A stretch of 64,000 bases of DNA. Origin: Bispira polyomma. Lineage: Eukaryota. The stretch lies in the NCBI GenBank assembly GCA_965649765.1, contig OZ287749.1:63984001-64048000 (forward strand). Direction: 5' to 3'. Below the pieces are notes generated by a model. The model worked only from the letters and a program-made list of their open reading frames with translations, was not told the origin of the DNA and searched no databases. Position 1 is the stretch's first letter, and every line of letters starts with the position of its first letter. This document shows, in pieces, positions 1 to 13,900 of this stretch. Position numbers and translations under genes: made by a program.

Positions 1-1470
1 TGCAAAAAAGAACCCCATTAAAAGTTAGTGTAAAGTTTAGGTTTGCACAGTCAGTGGCCCATAAACTGGATAAGCTAACTCCAGAGGCCCCAGGTTAGGT
101 ATAATGTTAATAGTGTACACTGAATCTTTGTATACAACATTAGAAGGTTAGTATGGGTAGGTGTGGGGTGAGTTTCATCAGAGTTAATTGACACTTGGAG
201 AGAAAAAAGGCTATAAATAAAAAATGTGTCCAGAACCAAATATTAGGCTATCTAAAATGCAGGATATATAGAAGCATAATTTAGAAAAAAAAAACCCACT
301 TACATCTTAGCTGTGATTATTTTTTAGTACAAATGGGGAGAAAGTTACCTTTAGGCATTTGGTTAATTCACTGGTCACTGAAGGAGCTTTTTTAAAGGAT
401 AACAAAGCCAGTAGTTTCAGTATATATGAGTTTTACCTGTGGTCACACCCACATCATTCAATGCTTGTGACAATTTTAAAACACCAGATGGGGTTAAAAT
501 GAACTGTAACGATTGCTATGACTGGCTGTTTAGATGGAATATATATGGATAATATACACAAGGTCTCCTGAACTTGTTCCATCAATAACACCTTTTGCGA
601 TTGTTTATCAGTTAAAAATCAAAAGAATCCATTATTATCTTTTAGTAATTCAACGAGACCTGAAGGAAGTAATTTGAAAATATTCTCCAAACATTGCTGC
701 ACAAGATTTAATCATTAATCGGAATCATTATAATAATACTAAAGCAAATAAAGAATTAGTAATGCATATTACAAGCTCCTGATTCAGGTATATGTCGAGA
801 TATAATATACTGGGTTTTATTATACTTCTGTTGTGTGAGATTTTTATTTACTAATAAGTAAAAACAGAAGCATGTTTCTTGTAATATATCTATTTAAAGA
901 AAGAAAACAAAGGTGATTAAGCACCATTTTGGAGTATTCCTCCAGGTTCCTTATATCTCACTCTTCTTGTGATGCCCTAGATGCCCTAGTAGCCTCCTCT
1001 AAGTTACATTAAAATTAAGTCAAAATAAAACCTATAAAGAGTTGTTATCAAACATTAGAAAAAAAGGTGTAGGAAATGAAAGAGATACATAGAATCTATC
1101 AACATTTGCCTGACTATCTGTTACAAGTTAGCCAGACTAACACGTCCAATTCTGCATTCCCAATGAGTTGAGATACTTTTAATCCTTTAGCTTATTGAAG
1201 AACAGACAAAACAAGCCAGAGATGCTAACAAAAATAGTCTAGTCTGACTGCTGTTGAAAGCCATCAGTTCAAGCTATTATTCACAGAGATCACTATTTAA
1301 GGACCACCCCATGTTTGTAAGAAAAAAAAGAGTGGGAAGAACAGACATCATTTAAATGAGAAAACACTTTGCCTAGGGTAACTTTGTAAATAGCTACTTT
1401 AAGAGTCGGTGCTATAAGAAAAGGGTACAGCATATAAAACCTTCTTGTTTTAGAAATAAAATATATTAAG

Positions 1471-1569
1471 TTAGAATACTATTTCTAGGTGTATTTTCTA
1501 TATCAATTTAGAATACTATTTGCAGGTGTATTTTCTATATCAATTTAGTATACTTTTTTCAGGTGTATT
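1471..1569. repeat. 37-bp tandem repeat, about 2.7 copies
   Basis: ttagaatactatttctaggtgtattttctatatcaat at 1471, 1508 and 1545. Confidence 0.85.
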
Positions 1570-4500
1570 GTCTTCTTGAAACAAAAGTGTAAAACATATG
1601 TCTTGTAAAGTTTGGCTTTAAGTAAGAGCAAAGGACTGCCATACACTGCCTACAAGCTCTTCTAGCCAACAGTGTGACTTGTTAGTCCAGGTCTTCATGG
1701 TTGTTTTAACAAGGTTGTCTATACTTCTCACAAGCTTTGACAGTAGCAAGTGGGGCCATTTTCTTCCAACAGGCAATTTGGAATAAATGCCAAGACAAGT
1801 TTTATTTGGAACAATCTCATGAAAGTTTGCACTTCAGGTGGGAAAGACTTCATCTTTCCGAATAATATTTTAGGAGTTTCTTGTTTTCCTCAGTTTTATT
1901 GTTCGAGAATAAGAATAGGTAACAACGCATCTCAATTCTAATTATAGAAGTCATATTTAGATATTCACTTTCAAGGTAGATTTTGCAAATATCCTCTAAC
2001 TTCAATTAATAACTAATATACATAAAAAAAATTAATGTTTGTGACCATTTTTGAACTCCAGAAATACTTATCAAACACTGATGTGTTTTTATTATTATAG
2101 TTTTTTAGATGATAACTATGGTGAATTGCTCACTACAATGGGGCCTGTATTATTATAGAGTCCATCAACAATTTGTTAGGATGATAAACTGCCATCTTCA
2201 GTCTAGTTAGGAGCTCAATGATCTGAAGCAGATTACATCTAGAGCGAGTGGATGTGGAGGTGGTTTCAGGATTAAGAGACACCATTATTGTTACATAGCA
2301 TTAGTGGCGACAAGAGAGAGTTGTTGTCTATGTTCATAATTAAAAGATGCAAAGGAAGAATACCATTTTTTGTGGCTTTTTATTTATAATATACTGTAGC
2401 ATAGGATTAACCACTGGTGTGTATGGACTGCATTGGTAAAAAATGTGGATTGAGATGAGTTGTTGTGTGCCTACACCATTTGAACAGAATTATGGAATCA
2501 ACCCTGTTTTTAAAGAAGGACACAATGACAACAAAAACACATTCGTTAGACAACAGGAAATAAGAATGTCTGTGTACTTGTTTTTTTTTTCTGTAGCTGA
2601 TGCATTAATTGATTTACACTGTGAAAGTCCACTGAAAGTCCACATAGGGATTAAATCTCTGGCCAAGGATTAACTTATAGTACACCAAAGAAAGAAAGCT
2701 TTTTATATGACTGCCATGGATACTAAAAACTACAGTTTGATTATGCCTTTGTTGTTGGGGGTGTTGGATATATGTCTATGTAAAGGTAAGGCATATCTCT
2801 TAGTCCGATTTCTAGATTTTTAGAATGAAAAAAGGTCACTGGGTAAAATACAAAAAAGTCAAAATTGGAATTTACATGACATTTGGTTTGTATTTAGGCT
2901 AGAATCTTTAGAAATCATTGAGCAGAATTAACAAATTTAAAAGTTTCAATGGATTTAACAAAACTACCCGAAGATAATGTTTTCTTGTTAGCATTGCATA
3001 ACTATCCTGCCTTTATTATTGTATGTTATGTGTAATTAGAATAACTGTAATAACTTTACCATGGTATGTTGTGCTTTCTTACAACTACTACAGTCACTTT
3101 ATTATTGTTTGTTGGGCTTTTAAAAAAAAAATCTCTCACGCCTAAATACACCTGTAAGATTGATAAACCAACTTTTGATCTAAAATATGCTTTTTAAACC
3201 TGTCTAATAAACAAACAACGCAATTCATATGCTGCATAAAACTTATATAAGATAAAATGTCATTTATTCACATTTTTTCAGGAATTTCTCTGACATTTAC
3301 ATATACTTTTAAATTATAAAAAACAGAAAAACAAGCTGTGGATTTGTGCAATTTTTTCCGTATAACTTTAACAAAGAGGGCACCTATATACACGTTGTTA
3401 AGCAATGTCCTCTCTATATTTTGTTGTAAACTTTGTGACAATATGAAATGTGTTATGCTTTAACACACTTTGTATATATATCTTTCTATCCAGGATCATA
3501 CATAATTATTCTTACGTTTTTACAACGCACTGAATTACTGAATTACTATTGAAATAAATGTTCTCATTAGTTTAAGTCTTGGATGTTTGTTTTGAAGATC
3601 AACATTTGTTTAAACTTAATTTAAATGGGTTTAAATTGGTCATCTTGTTTCCAAACACTAGAATCATAGATTCAAACCATTATCACATCTTTAAAGGTGC
3701 AATACGAAGTTCTATTGAGCAGAGGAAACCAATATTGCATAATTACATATTATACAGGAAATTTATATCAAATACTGCTGTCAATCACTGTATAGATTAC
3801 TCATTATAAAGCACTAACACTCCCAATGCTTCTGTTTGAACCTTGACCCTGAGTATGACCTTCAAGGGTATAGTTGAAAATACTGATATTGGGAATATTA
3901 ATTTATTTTTTCTGTGAATTTTTTAATGTGTGTATATATAGACTATCTAAAATAAATATAAAAATATAAGGGCCACCTTAAAGTGGTAAGGTTACCTTAA
4001 CTTAAGTTGTATCTTTTAAAGTATGACTAGACATAAATTGACTTGAGATAAGGTGGCCCTATGTTATGAATGGGTTCAGTTTAAGTTGCTCTTTGATTCA
4101 GTTTTTTACATATATCCCAAAATGATTTCTATATGAACATCCATCAGATTTCTGTTGTTTCCTTTGTATAATAAACCCCAAAAATACATTTATCCGACAT
4201 TTAAAAGAAAACTAAAGCAAAGTAAACAGATACATCGACTCTAACTACAGTGCCTGGGTATCTGTTACATCATTGCAACAAAAATAAGTTCACTTCTGCA
4301 TTCCAAATGAGTTGAGTCAGTAAAATTCTTTAAGCTATTGAAAAAATCCTGAACTACAAAAACAAATAGTACTAACTAGTTTTTTTTGGAGTTTTGATAG
4401 TCATCAGTTCAGCGTTTTGGTAAACAACATTTTAGGTCTATTGTCATACATGTTACAGTAGTCACCAGCAGCACCGGGTCCAAAGGGTATTTTATATTTA

Positions 4501-5928
4501 CAGGCTAAAGAACTTTGGAAACGTTAATAAATACCAGATAAAGGTGGATTAATGAGTATAAAGGTTTAGTTAATGCTAGTGAGAAACAGGCATGCACATC
4601 AATTAAAGATGAAATTTTCCTTGATATTTGAAATATTGGAAACCCCTATATAGCTGATATATGTGATATAGAATTTACTATGTTTCTAGGTATAACATAT
4701 CCTCAGCACCCCTGACGTTAAATTTTGTTATATGGATTTTGACTACAACCATTCCTTACTCAAGTTAAACCTCCATAACGTTATGATGGAGATTTTACAT
4801 TTACTGGCAGCATTGTAAATCTAAATAACAGTAGTGCTATTTTTGCGCGTTTATTTACTTAACATTTTCGAGACTTCCGTGCTATTTACTAGTCATGTGG
4901 TAATATTTGAGAGTCATTTGCTTGATTATGTATATATATATTTAATCATTTCAACTACAAAAGTAATCATTATGAGTTATTATTGCAATTATTACAATCA
5001 AGCCGATTCTGTATGACATATTCAATTAGATACTGCTTATATAGATATATTATGTGTCCCTTAATGAGTATAATCAACTTGTGGCTTCATGATAGAAATA
5101 ACTGTTTAGTCATAGTTTTAAAATTCATCAATGCAGATTAACTGTCTTCACCAAACGACCTTCTTTGCCAGTTTGATGTTTTCCCGAGAAACTGAACATG
5201 TCGTGTTTGTGCTGTCGCAGTAAGAAAATGACATTTTGTTAGGGGCTATGACTGTGCTTACCCTGACTCCTCTTGTGCTATTTAATTGTATTCATGAAGC
5301 TGTGCATGGAAGCTGTTGTGAAAAAAGACAGGTGTTAGTGTTTCCAGGAGTTCTGTAATTAATTCTTTAGTGCAGTGCCATCACATTTGTCAGTCAGTGC
5401 AACTTAACCACACTGACAGATCTTAGTGTCACTAATGATCTTCAGTAGGGTTGCCAATTTTCTGCTAGAGGATTTTCTAAGGTGGTTTTCAACTCCTTAA
5501 TAGCTTCTCTTTGGGACTGACAACCAGACCAAAGTGGCACTTCAGTACAAATTTACCATAAGCATCCAAACTGAGTAAGAATGCTTGAGGGCCTTTCAAA
5601 TGGCCTCATTATAGGAAAGTGACACATTTCATGAACGAAATTACTCTAAACCAAGTACTTCTAGATTTTTTTGTCTGTGTGAATCAATTGTCAAAATAAC
5701 TTGAGAAAAACTCCCTCCACCTTTTACAGTAAAGAATTAAAATAATGCTCCGTAACATAATTACAACAAATTATGAAACACAATGAAGTATGCAGTCTAT
5801 TGAATATGCAGTCTGGTAAAGCAACATGCTCTTTTTCAAAAAGTTGTCTTGTTTTAGAAATACACCTGTACAGGTCAACCAAAACAATGTAGTCCTTATC
5901 TGTCTCTTGTCACTTCCAGGACTAGGCA

Positions 5929-6167
5929 GGGGCCGCGGTGGCCTAGTGGTTAGCAAGCATTGCGCTTCACAATTACTGGTCTCTCACCTCTGGGCAGTGT
6001 GAGTTCGAATCCCGTCGATGCCTATGTGGGAAAGGTGGTAGTTCCTTACTGTTTTCAGTGCAGAATCTTGATCAACTGTATGCAATGTTTTCTCCAGCAT
6101 TTCCAACTACCCGTCCCAATATAACCTAAACAGGTACTAGAGTGGACGTTAAATATCCAAATTCAAA
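5929..6167 (+). mobile_element. tRNA-derived SINE (Meta/MESC-like), full length with TSD
   Basis: A-box tggcctagtgg, B-box gagttcgaatccc, core atgtgggaaaggtggtag...cagtgcagaatcttgatcaact, tail gacgttaaatatccaaattcaaa. Flanked by tccaggactaggca / tccagaactaggca. Confidence 0.85.
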
Positions 6168-6384
6168 TCCAGAACTAGGCAATGTTCCATATTATAATCC
6201 TTCACTTTAAAAGTAGTTTCTTTTTGGCATCGATTTATGCACCTAGGCTGTGGAATGACCTTCCTTGGCATGTATTCGCTTATGCCGATACAAATTTTAA
6301 ATTGAAATGTAACACTTATCTGTTTAGCAAAGTCTTCCTACTTTAATCTCTAGCAACCAATGTCAGAATATCTTCTTGATGTCA

Positions 6385-6480
6385 ATAATAATAATAATAA
6401 TAAAAATAATAATGCATTTTTAAAGCGCCTTATTGATGCCAGGCATCTTCTAAAGCGCAACAGCAGAATCAGTGATCCAA
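6385..6480 (-). mobile_element. Isolated 3' tail of the L2-like LINE or its partner SINE
   Basis: Reverse complement of gattctgctgttgcgctttagaa.atgcct.gcatcaataa.gcgc plus (TAA)n, matching 63258-63330. Confidence 0.75.
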
Positions 6481-7669
6481 TGCTGTTTCTAGTTTGCAAA
6501 TGTTAAAACATTGTTTCGGATTCAGATAATGGGCCTTAGAATCCACTTAGAATAGAAATTTGAGTACTGTGGTTTCTGATAGACTGATTAATGTGATCTA
6601 GGTCAAAGGTTAAACACCAGTTACAATACAAAATATATCTGGGTCTTGTTAATTCGAGGGTCTTGTAAATTCGATATTTGCCGTTTTTCTTCAATAACCA
6701 AACGTGTTTTATATCTCATACATTACAAAATAATATTTTAACATTTCTAGATTAAAATACAGCTTCAATTTTCGCCAAGAACGATCTTTTTCAAGGTGAA
6801 ATAAGTTCATAAAGAAATGGTTAAAACTCGCGAATCTGCGAAGTGATTTGAGCCCCATATCAGATGAATGTACAGGTACAAAACTGTTACGTTGGTTTCA
6901 GAATTTAAAGTGAAGACGGGATACAGGCCACGGTTGCCTAGCATACACTTCAGTGGCATCTCACCAATGTGGGTTCAAATCCTATTCATTCCTAAAGCCT
7001 TCATCTGGCAAAGTATTTGCCGTATGTCTTTTGTTTACAATGCTTCATGATAGATTTCTGCCAACATTGAATGACCATTGGCTACCACCGATAAGAGTAA
7101 AAATAGTGAAGAACACACAGGTGTAAAACTAAGATGGACACCAGACTGCTTAAAGATGCATTACTACAACTAATGACTATATTTGCAGAATAAAAAGTGA
7201 CATGTAGACAAGCAGTATGACATTTAAGAAACATATGTTTCTATATTTACATTAAATTAAGTTAATACTATTATTTTCTTACTGAATCTGTTGTGTGTGT
7301 TGAATATTGTCACTCTTCCAATTAAAACAAGCAATTCCCCCCACATTTATTTAAGTATACCTTTAAAGTTGATCATCAGTTTCTTGAGATCAATGTTTTG
7401 TATCTTTACTTTGATACAGGTGACTTTTGTGTTCTGTTGTCTTTTATAATTTACTCCCATAAAAGGCCTTGTTTGCAATTACTCTAGTTGTAATGGTTTT
7501 GTATTCAGATGGAAACACAGGAAAATATCCGGCAGTTGAAAAAAATATTTGTACATGTGCTATTTTTCTATATGGTTTAATGTTCAGTAAAATGTATTAA
7601 TGGATCTTTTTGGAATTTTTTAGCCTTATATTTTTATAGCTTTATATTTCTTATTCACAATTAAGTAAA

Positions 7670-7888
7670 TGGCCATGGTGGCCTAGTGAGTTAAAAGTGT
7701 AAGCTTCACAATTACTGGCCTACCAATGATGTAAGTAAGGATCTCAATTGTTCATTCCTTCACTTGGAAAAGTTTGTTAGGTACTTACCGTAGGCCAGTG
7801 GTTTACAGTACTTCCACCATTAAATCTGACCAATGGGATACAACCTAAGCAAATAAAAGTGATTTAAATCCCAACTAAATTCAAATTC
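7670..7888 (+). mobile_element. Meta/MESC-like SINE
   Basis: ggccatggtggcctagtg head, gaaaagtttgttaggtacttaccgtaggccagtggtttacag core, aaattcaaat tail. Confidence 0.75.
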
Positions 7889-9559
7889 TTATCCCCCTGA
7901 ATACAGTTAGAATGTAATATTATTATAGAAAGTGATACCGCAGTATGCGTCATTTGTATGATTTGAGGGAGGGTGGGCAATATCAGAAATGAGAACATGA
8001 AACAGCAAGATTAACTAATGCAACTTTATATTGCATCTTATTGAGTCCAAGCGTCTATCATTGCTTTATTTCTTACTTAAAGAAAATTAGACCATAATGA
8101 TGCTGACTTATTTATACTGGATAACTGCTGGTTCATCACTGACTAACCATGTCAGATATTTATTGATTATTAAATGGATGTCACTTTGATATTACAAGCA
8201 GTGTAATGAGCGATGATACAACAGAAGTCTGCCCCATGTTATTATAACTTATTTGTTAAATTGTTCTGCATAATGTATAGGTTTGTAGTATGTGTATGGA
8301 GTGTCCATAGATTGTGAAGTGGTTCATTGTCATTACTACGAATGAATAATAGATGTGACACTTTATATATTTCAGACGTTGACTGATATTTAGAAATCAA
8401 TAAAATATTCAAACTATAACAACCATAATTGGATGAAAATTGTCCTGGTTCACCTCGCGTGGCGACTGAGCCATTCCGAATTCCAATATATAATTATAAC
8501 CTGAGGTTATGTTTTTTTACCTGTGTCTATTTGTCTGTTGATTTGTCAACAGGTTTAAAGACAGATACTACTAAATATTTACATAAAATTTGGATGAGGG
8601 TTGTGGCATAGGGCATGGGCTGAGTTAGAATCCATTACATTTATTGAGCGTAGAAAGGTAAATCCCGGATTGTTGCCAATTGGCATATACACTATTGTAA
8701 CGGTTGCTCTATTTTGTTGAATAATGCATTGTTCGACATCTTGTCCCATGTGGGTTGGCCAGTTCTTTAGCTCTTTATAATGACAGCATATTTATTTCCA
8801 CAGAAACAAAAATATTACATTTAAAGGGAAATTAGAAAGTTATATTTCGGGACACCTGGTGTTATAACTATTTATAAGATAGCAAGGATATAAAATGTGT
8901 AATAATAATTTATACCTAGTCAGCAAGCACATGGAATGAAACCAACAACCAAAACATGTTTTAATCTAATGCAATCTATGCCTGTGTCGTTGCAAATGTT
9001 TCAAGTTGGAATCGACTCTTACGTCATTTTTATCTTGTGCCCTCAAGGCAATATCCCATTCCGTCAAGATGTAACAAACCATTTTAGAAGTCATATAGAC
9101 TTTTAAGAAAATACTAATAAAAAAATGAGTAAATTAATAAATATTAACTGCAAACTTTGGTCCTTTTTGTGGCACCATCAATATAAAAACATAACCCAAA
9201 GCATTTAAATAATGGAGTTAAAAAATACAAAAACACCATTTTGTAATTGTTTGTAGTTTGTGATGCTGTGGAAGAAGATCCTATCAGTCTTTAGGTGCAT
9301 GGACTCCATTGCACCAAATTAACTTGACACAATTGTAATACAGTAACCCAGACACGCCAAGGCAGTTATTTTCAAACACCTTAGCAGAATACTAATGAAT
9401 ACCAGCCACTAAAAATATCATAAAATTCACGAGTTGTACTATATTTTATCACACAAAGTATTATTAGTTTTCCGATAGCCTTTTATTTGGCTCTATTTAA
9501 GTTGAAACAAATTATTATCGACTCATGTTTAACTTGGCACCCTTGTGGATTATTTGTTT

Positions 9560-9908
9560 TTCTAACATGACACAACTGTGGCTGCAGCTCTGATTGGCCT
9601 GAAAGCATCAGTATAATTCTTCATATACTCATAGGCTGTTCCATCAGTTCCGCTGGTAAGTTAAGTAAAACCGAGTGGTCTGTTTTTGTGTGCACTTATT
9701 ATGTTATTTATCAAATTGAAAGAAAGTTTATTACTTTGTCATGAATAAACTCTTCAAACAATAATACACGCGTGTGCATTTATTACGTTACTTTTCAAAT
9801 TGAAAGTAAGTTTATTACTTTGTCATGAATAACACTCTTCAAACCATAGTATATGCATAATTTTAGCATTTTTCATGCGTATACCATGGTTCGTCCATTG
9901 TTATTACA
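9560..9908 (+). repeat. Dispersed repeat family (second copy about 47475-47790 in an nAChR intron)
   Basis: Shared tcta.catgacac..ctgtg.ctgca..tctgatt, tatactcat.ggctgttccat, ttattactttgtcatg and ataccatg.tt.gtc...tgttatt blocks. Confidence 0.7.
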
Positions 9909-11965
9909 TTAACATACTTGCTTGGGAATGAAGAAGACATGGGTTCGATACCAGTCTAGACACTGTGGTTTTTAAATAGAGTACCTTTTTGCCATAAATA
10001 TAAATCTCCTTAGCTGCTAAGAACATGGCTTTATCTGGTAATACTATATGTTTGTAAGAACATTAAGAACATTTAGTCAGCTGTGATTTGGGCATAATTA
10101 TTATCTAAGAAACTAGAGACTTCTACAAGGTTAGTTTTTGGAGTGATAGCCTTATTATTTACATTCAAGGGATGTTTCTGCTTCCTTAATGCAGAAGTTA
10201 CTGTCTCAACTGTTTGTCTTATAGGGTCATAAGTTAATATGTCCATAATGATATCCAATTCTTCTTGTGAATTCATATTACTCAATGTGAGGGTTTATAA
10301 ATTGTCGGAGACACATTTTTATATATATTGTTTATCACCTGGGACAGTAAGCATGCTTATTTGCAGGGTGTATAGATAAATGTATGTAGATTCCTGGAGT
10401 GCTATTCACAAGCCAAATTTTGATTATCAAGCGTAGTGTGCTTTTTGTACTAACATTTTAATACACTATCTAGACTTATCCCAATGCTTAAACACTTCAG
10501 GACAATGATACACCAAAGAGATTCGTGTAATACTATCATTGGCATTGACTGTTGTATAAAAATGTATTTAATCCACGTATTGTGAATGAATACACATTAA
10601 TAGACTCAGAAGCAGCCAGTCAATTTGGTGGACTCGCTCGCGAAAAACACATGTTGTGTGCTCGTTTCACATGATATGTAGTTAATCTGACCCTCGTGAC
10701 TTAACTGTGGCAGTTACTTCAGAATGGAATAAACTCCCTACTCCATCCAAGTCAGCTGCAACTTAGTCATATTTCAGAAATGATCTTAGTAGTACTCATT
10801 TGTTTCTGTAAGCCTACCCCTCATAGGTGATTTCATGCCTCCCTGATCACTGGATATGGATTGGACCATTTTTGGGGACTATTATTTGTTTTGGAGACGC
10901 CCCTTTGGGGGACTTTTTTTTCCAAGGAGCATTATGCTCTACAGAAGCTAGTACATTATATCTTAAACTTCATATCTTTGTTGTGCTGTTTCTATAACTG
11001 TGCAGTGATTTACAAGTTCACTGACTTCACAGTAACTGACCCATGTTTTATGTAATCAATGAGGTCACTTTATGACTTCCACTTGACGTGTGGTAAGACT
11101 TAATTGAATTCCCATAGATCTTCATGTGTCTTAGAGGGTGATACATTATAATCTTGTCTGTCCCCCTTTTGTCAGTAGAGCCCTTCTGATTGTATCTCAA
11201 GGTTTATGGCCAACACATTTTTGTATATTTAAGTCTAAACAAAATAATAGGAAATTGCAAGGGTTACAATGTATTTCATTATTATTTTTTTTTGGCTATT
11301 TCTTAACTGGAACTACTATAATAAGGAAATTCAATGTAAAAGTAAGATCAACTTAAACCCTTATATTTTAAAACTGCAGACATAACATAGGGATTTCATA
11401 TGATTGTGTATGAAATGTGATTATCTGGTGATAATAAGATCATACACTTAAGACCAGGGTTAAAATCCTGTTGTTGATGTCAAAATTTCCTTTGGGAAAT
11501 AGTGATATTGTAATTGTTAAAACACAAAGCAACTGGGGGTTTCACTCACTTTTGGATCAATTGATTCTGACTATTTGTTCACATCTATTATGGTTTCTGA
11601 GTCCCAATTATAAATACTAATATAGTCACCTGACTCTTATGTTTCGTTGATTCCCTTTATCAATACATAGCATATGTGCAGCATAAGAAATGCCTTCATA
11701 AGTTTACAGTTGCTATCAGTTGCCCACATTACGCAAGTTTCTGCTCATTTGATTACTTAAGATATTTTTTTATAACCAATAAAGCCATACTTAGTATTTA
11801 AAATATAAAAAGAAACAGCTATATGTTTTGACATTTGAGACATGAACACTATAAGTAATTAACATGTTATCAATATATATTTAGCAATATGTGTATTGGG
11901 TTTGTAACTATATACTTATGTAGTAATACTATAATTTGGCTGTGTGTGTAGAATTGTACTTGCAT

Positions 11966-12188
11966 TTAGTCGGGTTTTACATTGCTTTGAACAGCTTTTA
12001 GGTCATATTGCGACGGCCCAAATTCAATAGTCGAAGAAACCAGTGCTGAAGCCCTGTGAACCACTGGCCTACCGGCTAGTACAGGACACACCTTCTCTCT
12101 TAAAGGAATGAACTAGATTTGAAACCACATCAGAGAGAGGCTAGTGATTGTGAAGTAGATGCTTCTAATAACGAGGCCACTGCTCCCC
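11966..12188 (-). mobile_element. Meta/MESC-like SINE
   Basis: Reverse copy with ggtcatattgcgacggcc, gaagaaaccagtgctgaag...ccactggcctacc and a tRNA-like head at 12110-12188. Confidence 0.75.
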
Positions 12189-12199
12189 TCTATACGTGT

Positions 12200-12395
12200 G
12201 TACCATTTTTTAAAATTTTTTTGAATTGGGATATTTAACGTTCACTCTAGTACCTGTTTAGGTTATATTGGGACGGGTAGTTGGAAAAGCTGGAGGAAAC
12301 ACTGCATACAGTTGATCAAGGTTCTGCACTGAAACCAGCGGCCTACAGTAAGGATCTACCACCTTTCCCACAAACCACTAGGCCATCGTGGCCCT
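12200..12395 (-). mobile_element. Meta/MESC-like SINE, same subfamily as 5929-6167, internally deleted, with TSD
   Basis: Near-identical tail to the 5929 copy (gatatttaacgttcactctagtacctgtttaggttatattgggacgggtagttgg). Flanked by the direct repeat TCTATACGTGT (12189-99 and 12396-406). Confidence 0.8.
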
Positions 12396-12884
12396 TCTAT
12401 ACGTGTCTAGAAGAAACATAACAATCTAACAGCTTCTGTCTTGATTATGTTTCTTCACTTGCTTCAATCGCTAGGATATTTTTTATTGTGGAGTGACTTC
12501 TGCCCTTTGATACAATAGGGTAGCTATTCATCGGGTTTTTATTGACTCTTAAAGCCCATTGCAGACTGAAACCGGCGCGACGCGACACAGCCCTTGCCGA
12601 CGCGACACTGCAGCAAACATACCTTGCTTGCACACCAAAAGCGACAGTACACAGCAATAATCCAGAAACAAGTATTGAAATATTCACACACACCACATTA
12701 TCCAAATTTGTTTAAGGGAGCTTGAATACATGTATTTGTGAGTGTTATTTCACTAAATAAGTGTAATTAAAATGACACAAATTTTTATTTATGGTAAAAA
12801 TGATCATAAAATAAAATAGAGACATATCTGAAGTGAATGGAAAGCTGAGCTATTGGTAGCTACTAAACAGTATATGACTTTGAA

Positions 12885-13102
12885 GTTAGTTTGGGTTTTA
12901 TATCGCTTTGAACAGCTTAGTTAGGTTGTATCACGACGGCCAGATTTAATGGTAGAAGTACTGCAGCACTGCAAATCACCAACAACAAGTAGATTCTACC
13001 TGACAAATTGTTCAATATAAATGAACAAATCGAATTTAAACCCATATCAGTGAGAGGCCAGTGATTGTGAAGCAGGTGCTTCCAACCACTAGACCATGGC
13101 AA
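12885..13102 (-). mobile_element. Meta/MESC-like SINE
   Basis: gggttttatatcgctttgaacagc...tatcacgacggccagatttaatggt...accactagaccatggc. Confidence 0.7.
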
Positions 13103-13300
13103 TCCATACTAAACAGTATTATTGAACACAGTTTATCAATGACTAGAATAAAATTAATGTTTTTAGCAAGGAAAATAGTTCATGATATTTTCGTAAACTT
13201 TTCATAAACTAAATTTTGGACGTTTCCTTTAATCCTCACGCTGGTAATTTTTTGCAGGAAAATCAAACCCTCGCATATACTGCTCGGTCTTACATTGACT

Positions 13301-13382
13301 GATTTAGATTTAATGATGCTTTCAACACATTGTATATGTCATATCACGACAGGGCAGTTTTATTGGTGGGGGAAAGCAATGC
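13301..13382 (-). mobile_element. 3' half of the SINE interrupted by the YR retrotransposon
   Basis: ctttcaacacattgtatatgtcatatcacgacagggcagttttattggtgggggaaagcaatgc matches the first half of the intact copy at 38635-38835. Confidence 0.85.
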
Positions 13383-13458
13383 CTCAGTTCCTCTGTGTGT
13401 GGGCAAATAATAGTTATTAACCAACAACTCACAGTAAGAAAAGATTGCGGTTAAATAC

Positions 13459-13464
13459 TTTATT
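13459..13464 (-). terminator. Candidate polyadenylation signal of the retrotransposon
   Basis: AATAAA on the minus strand followed by a T/GT-rich tract (cttttcttactgtgagttgttgg), about 75 nt inside the 3' end. Confidence 0.5.
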
Positions 13465-13537
13465 ATATATATATATAATTTCTACTACTAACATATTTTT
13501 TATATACAGTTTCTTTGTAGAATACGTAATACTGTTG

Positions 13538-13850
13538 TGGGCATAAGGTCCCCTTAACTCAAGTGAGTTTAAGGCCTTGAGCTTATACAAAGCTTACGTT
13601 TAGGTGACCTTAGGTACAATGAGTTTAAGAGTATAAGTTTGCCAAAGTTGACTTTGAGTCCAAACTTAGAGGATTTGAGTTTAAGGTTAAGAGTTTAGTT
13701 TGGTAGAAATTTTAATTTAAGTGCAAACTTAAGAGATTAAACTTTAAATTTATGCTAGTCTACAGTTTGACTTAGGGTTTTAAGTCGAACTTTAGATACT
13801 TGAGTACAATATGTACTAATATAATGAAGGGGGGGGGGACCTTATGCCCA
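13538..13850. repeat. Fold-back segment in the element 3' region bounded by a perfect 16-bp inverted repeat
   Basis: TGGGCATAAGGTCCCC (13538-53) and GGGGACCTTATGCCCA (13835-50) enclose degenerate gagtttaag/cttaag/taggtgacctta units. Confidence 0.85.
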
Positions 13851-13900
13851 AAAAAGGTATAATATTTAGTGTTATTTTGATAGATCTTAAGCCTAAATAT

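Noticed and set aside
2290-2400. C..C....EEYHFL resembling a LINE ORF2 C-terminal zinc knuckle
   Set aside because: Interrupted by stops and too short to support as a feature.
5771-5956. GSDKRQI resembling a pogo/Tigger DDE motif
   Set aside because: Only a few residues match, the ORF start lies inside a SINE, and no further DDE motifs could be followed.
5929-6015. tRNA-like heads here and at 20232, 36030 and 46032 as tRNA genes
   Set aside because: A/B boxes run directly into SINE bodies and a full cloverleaf is not evident.
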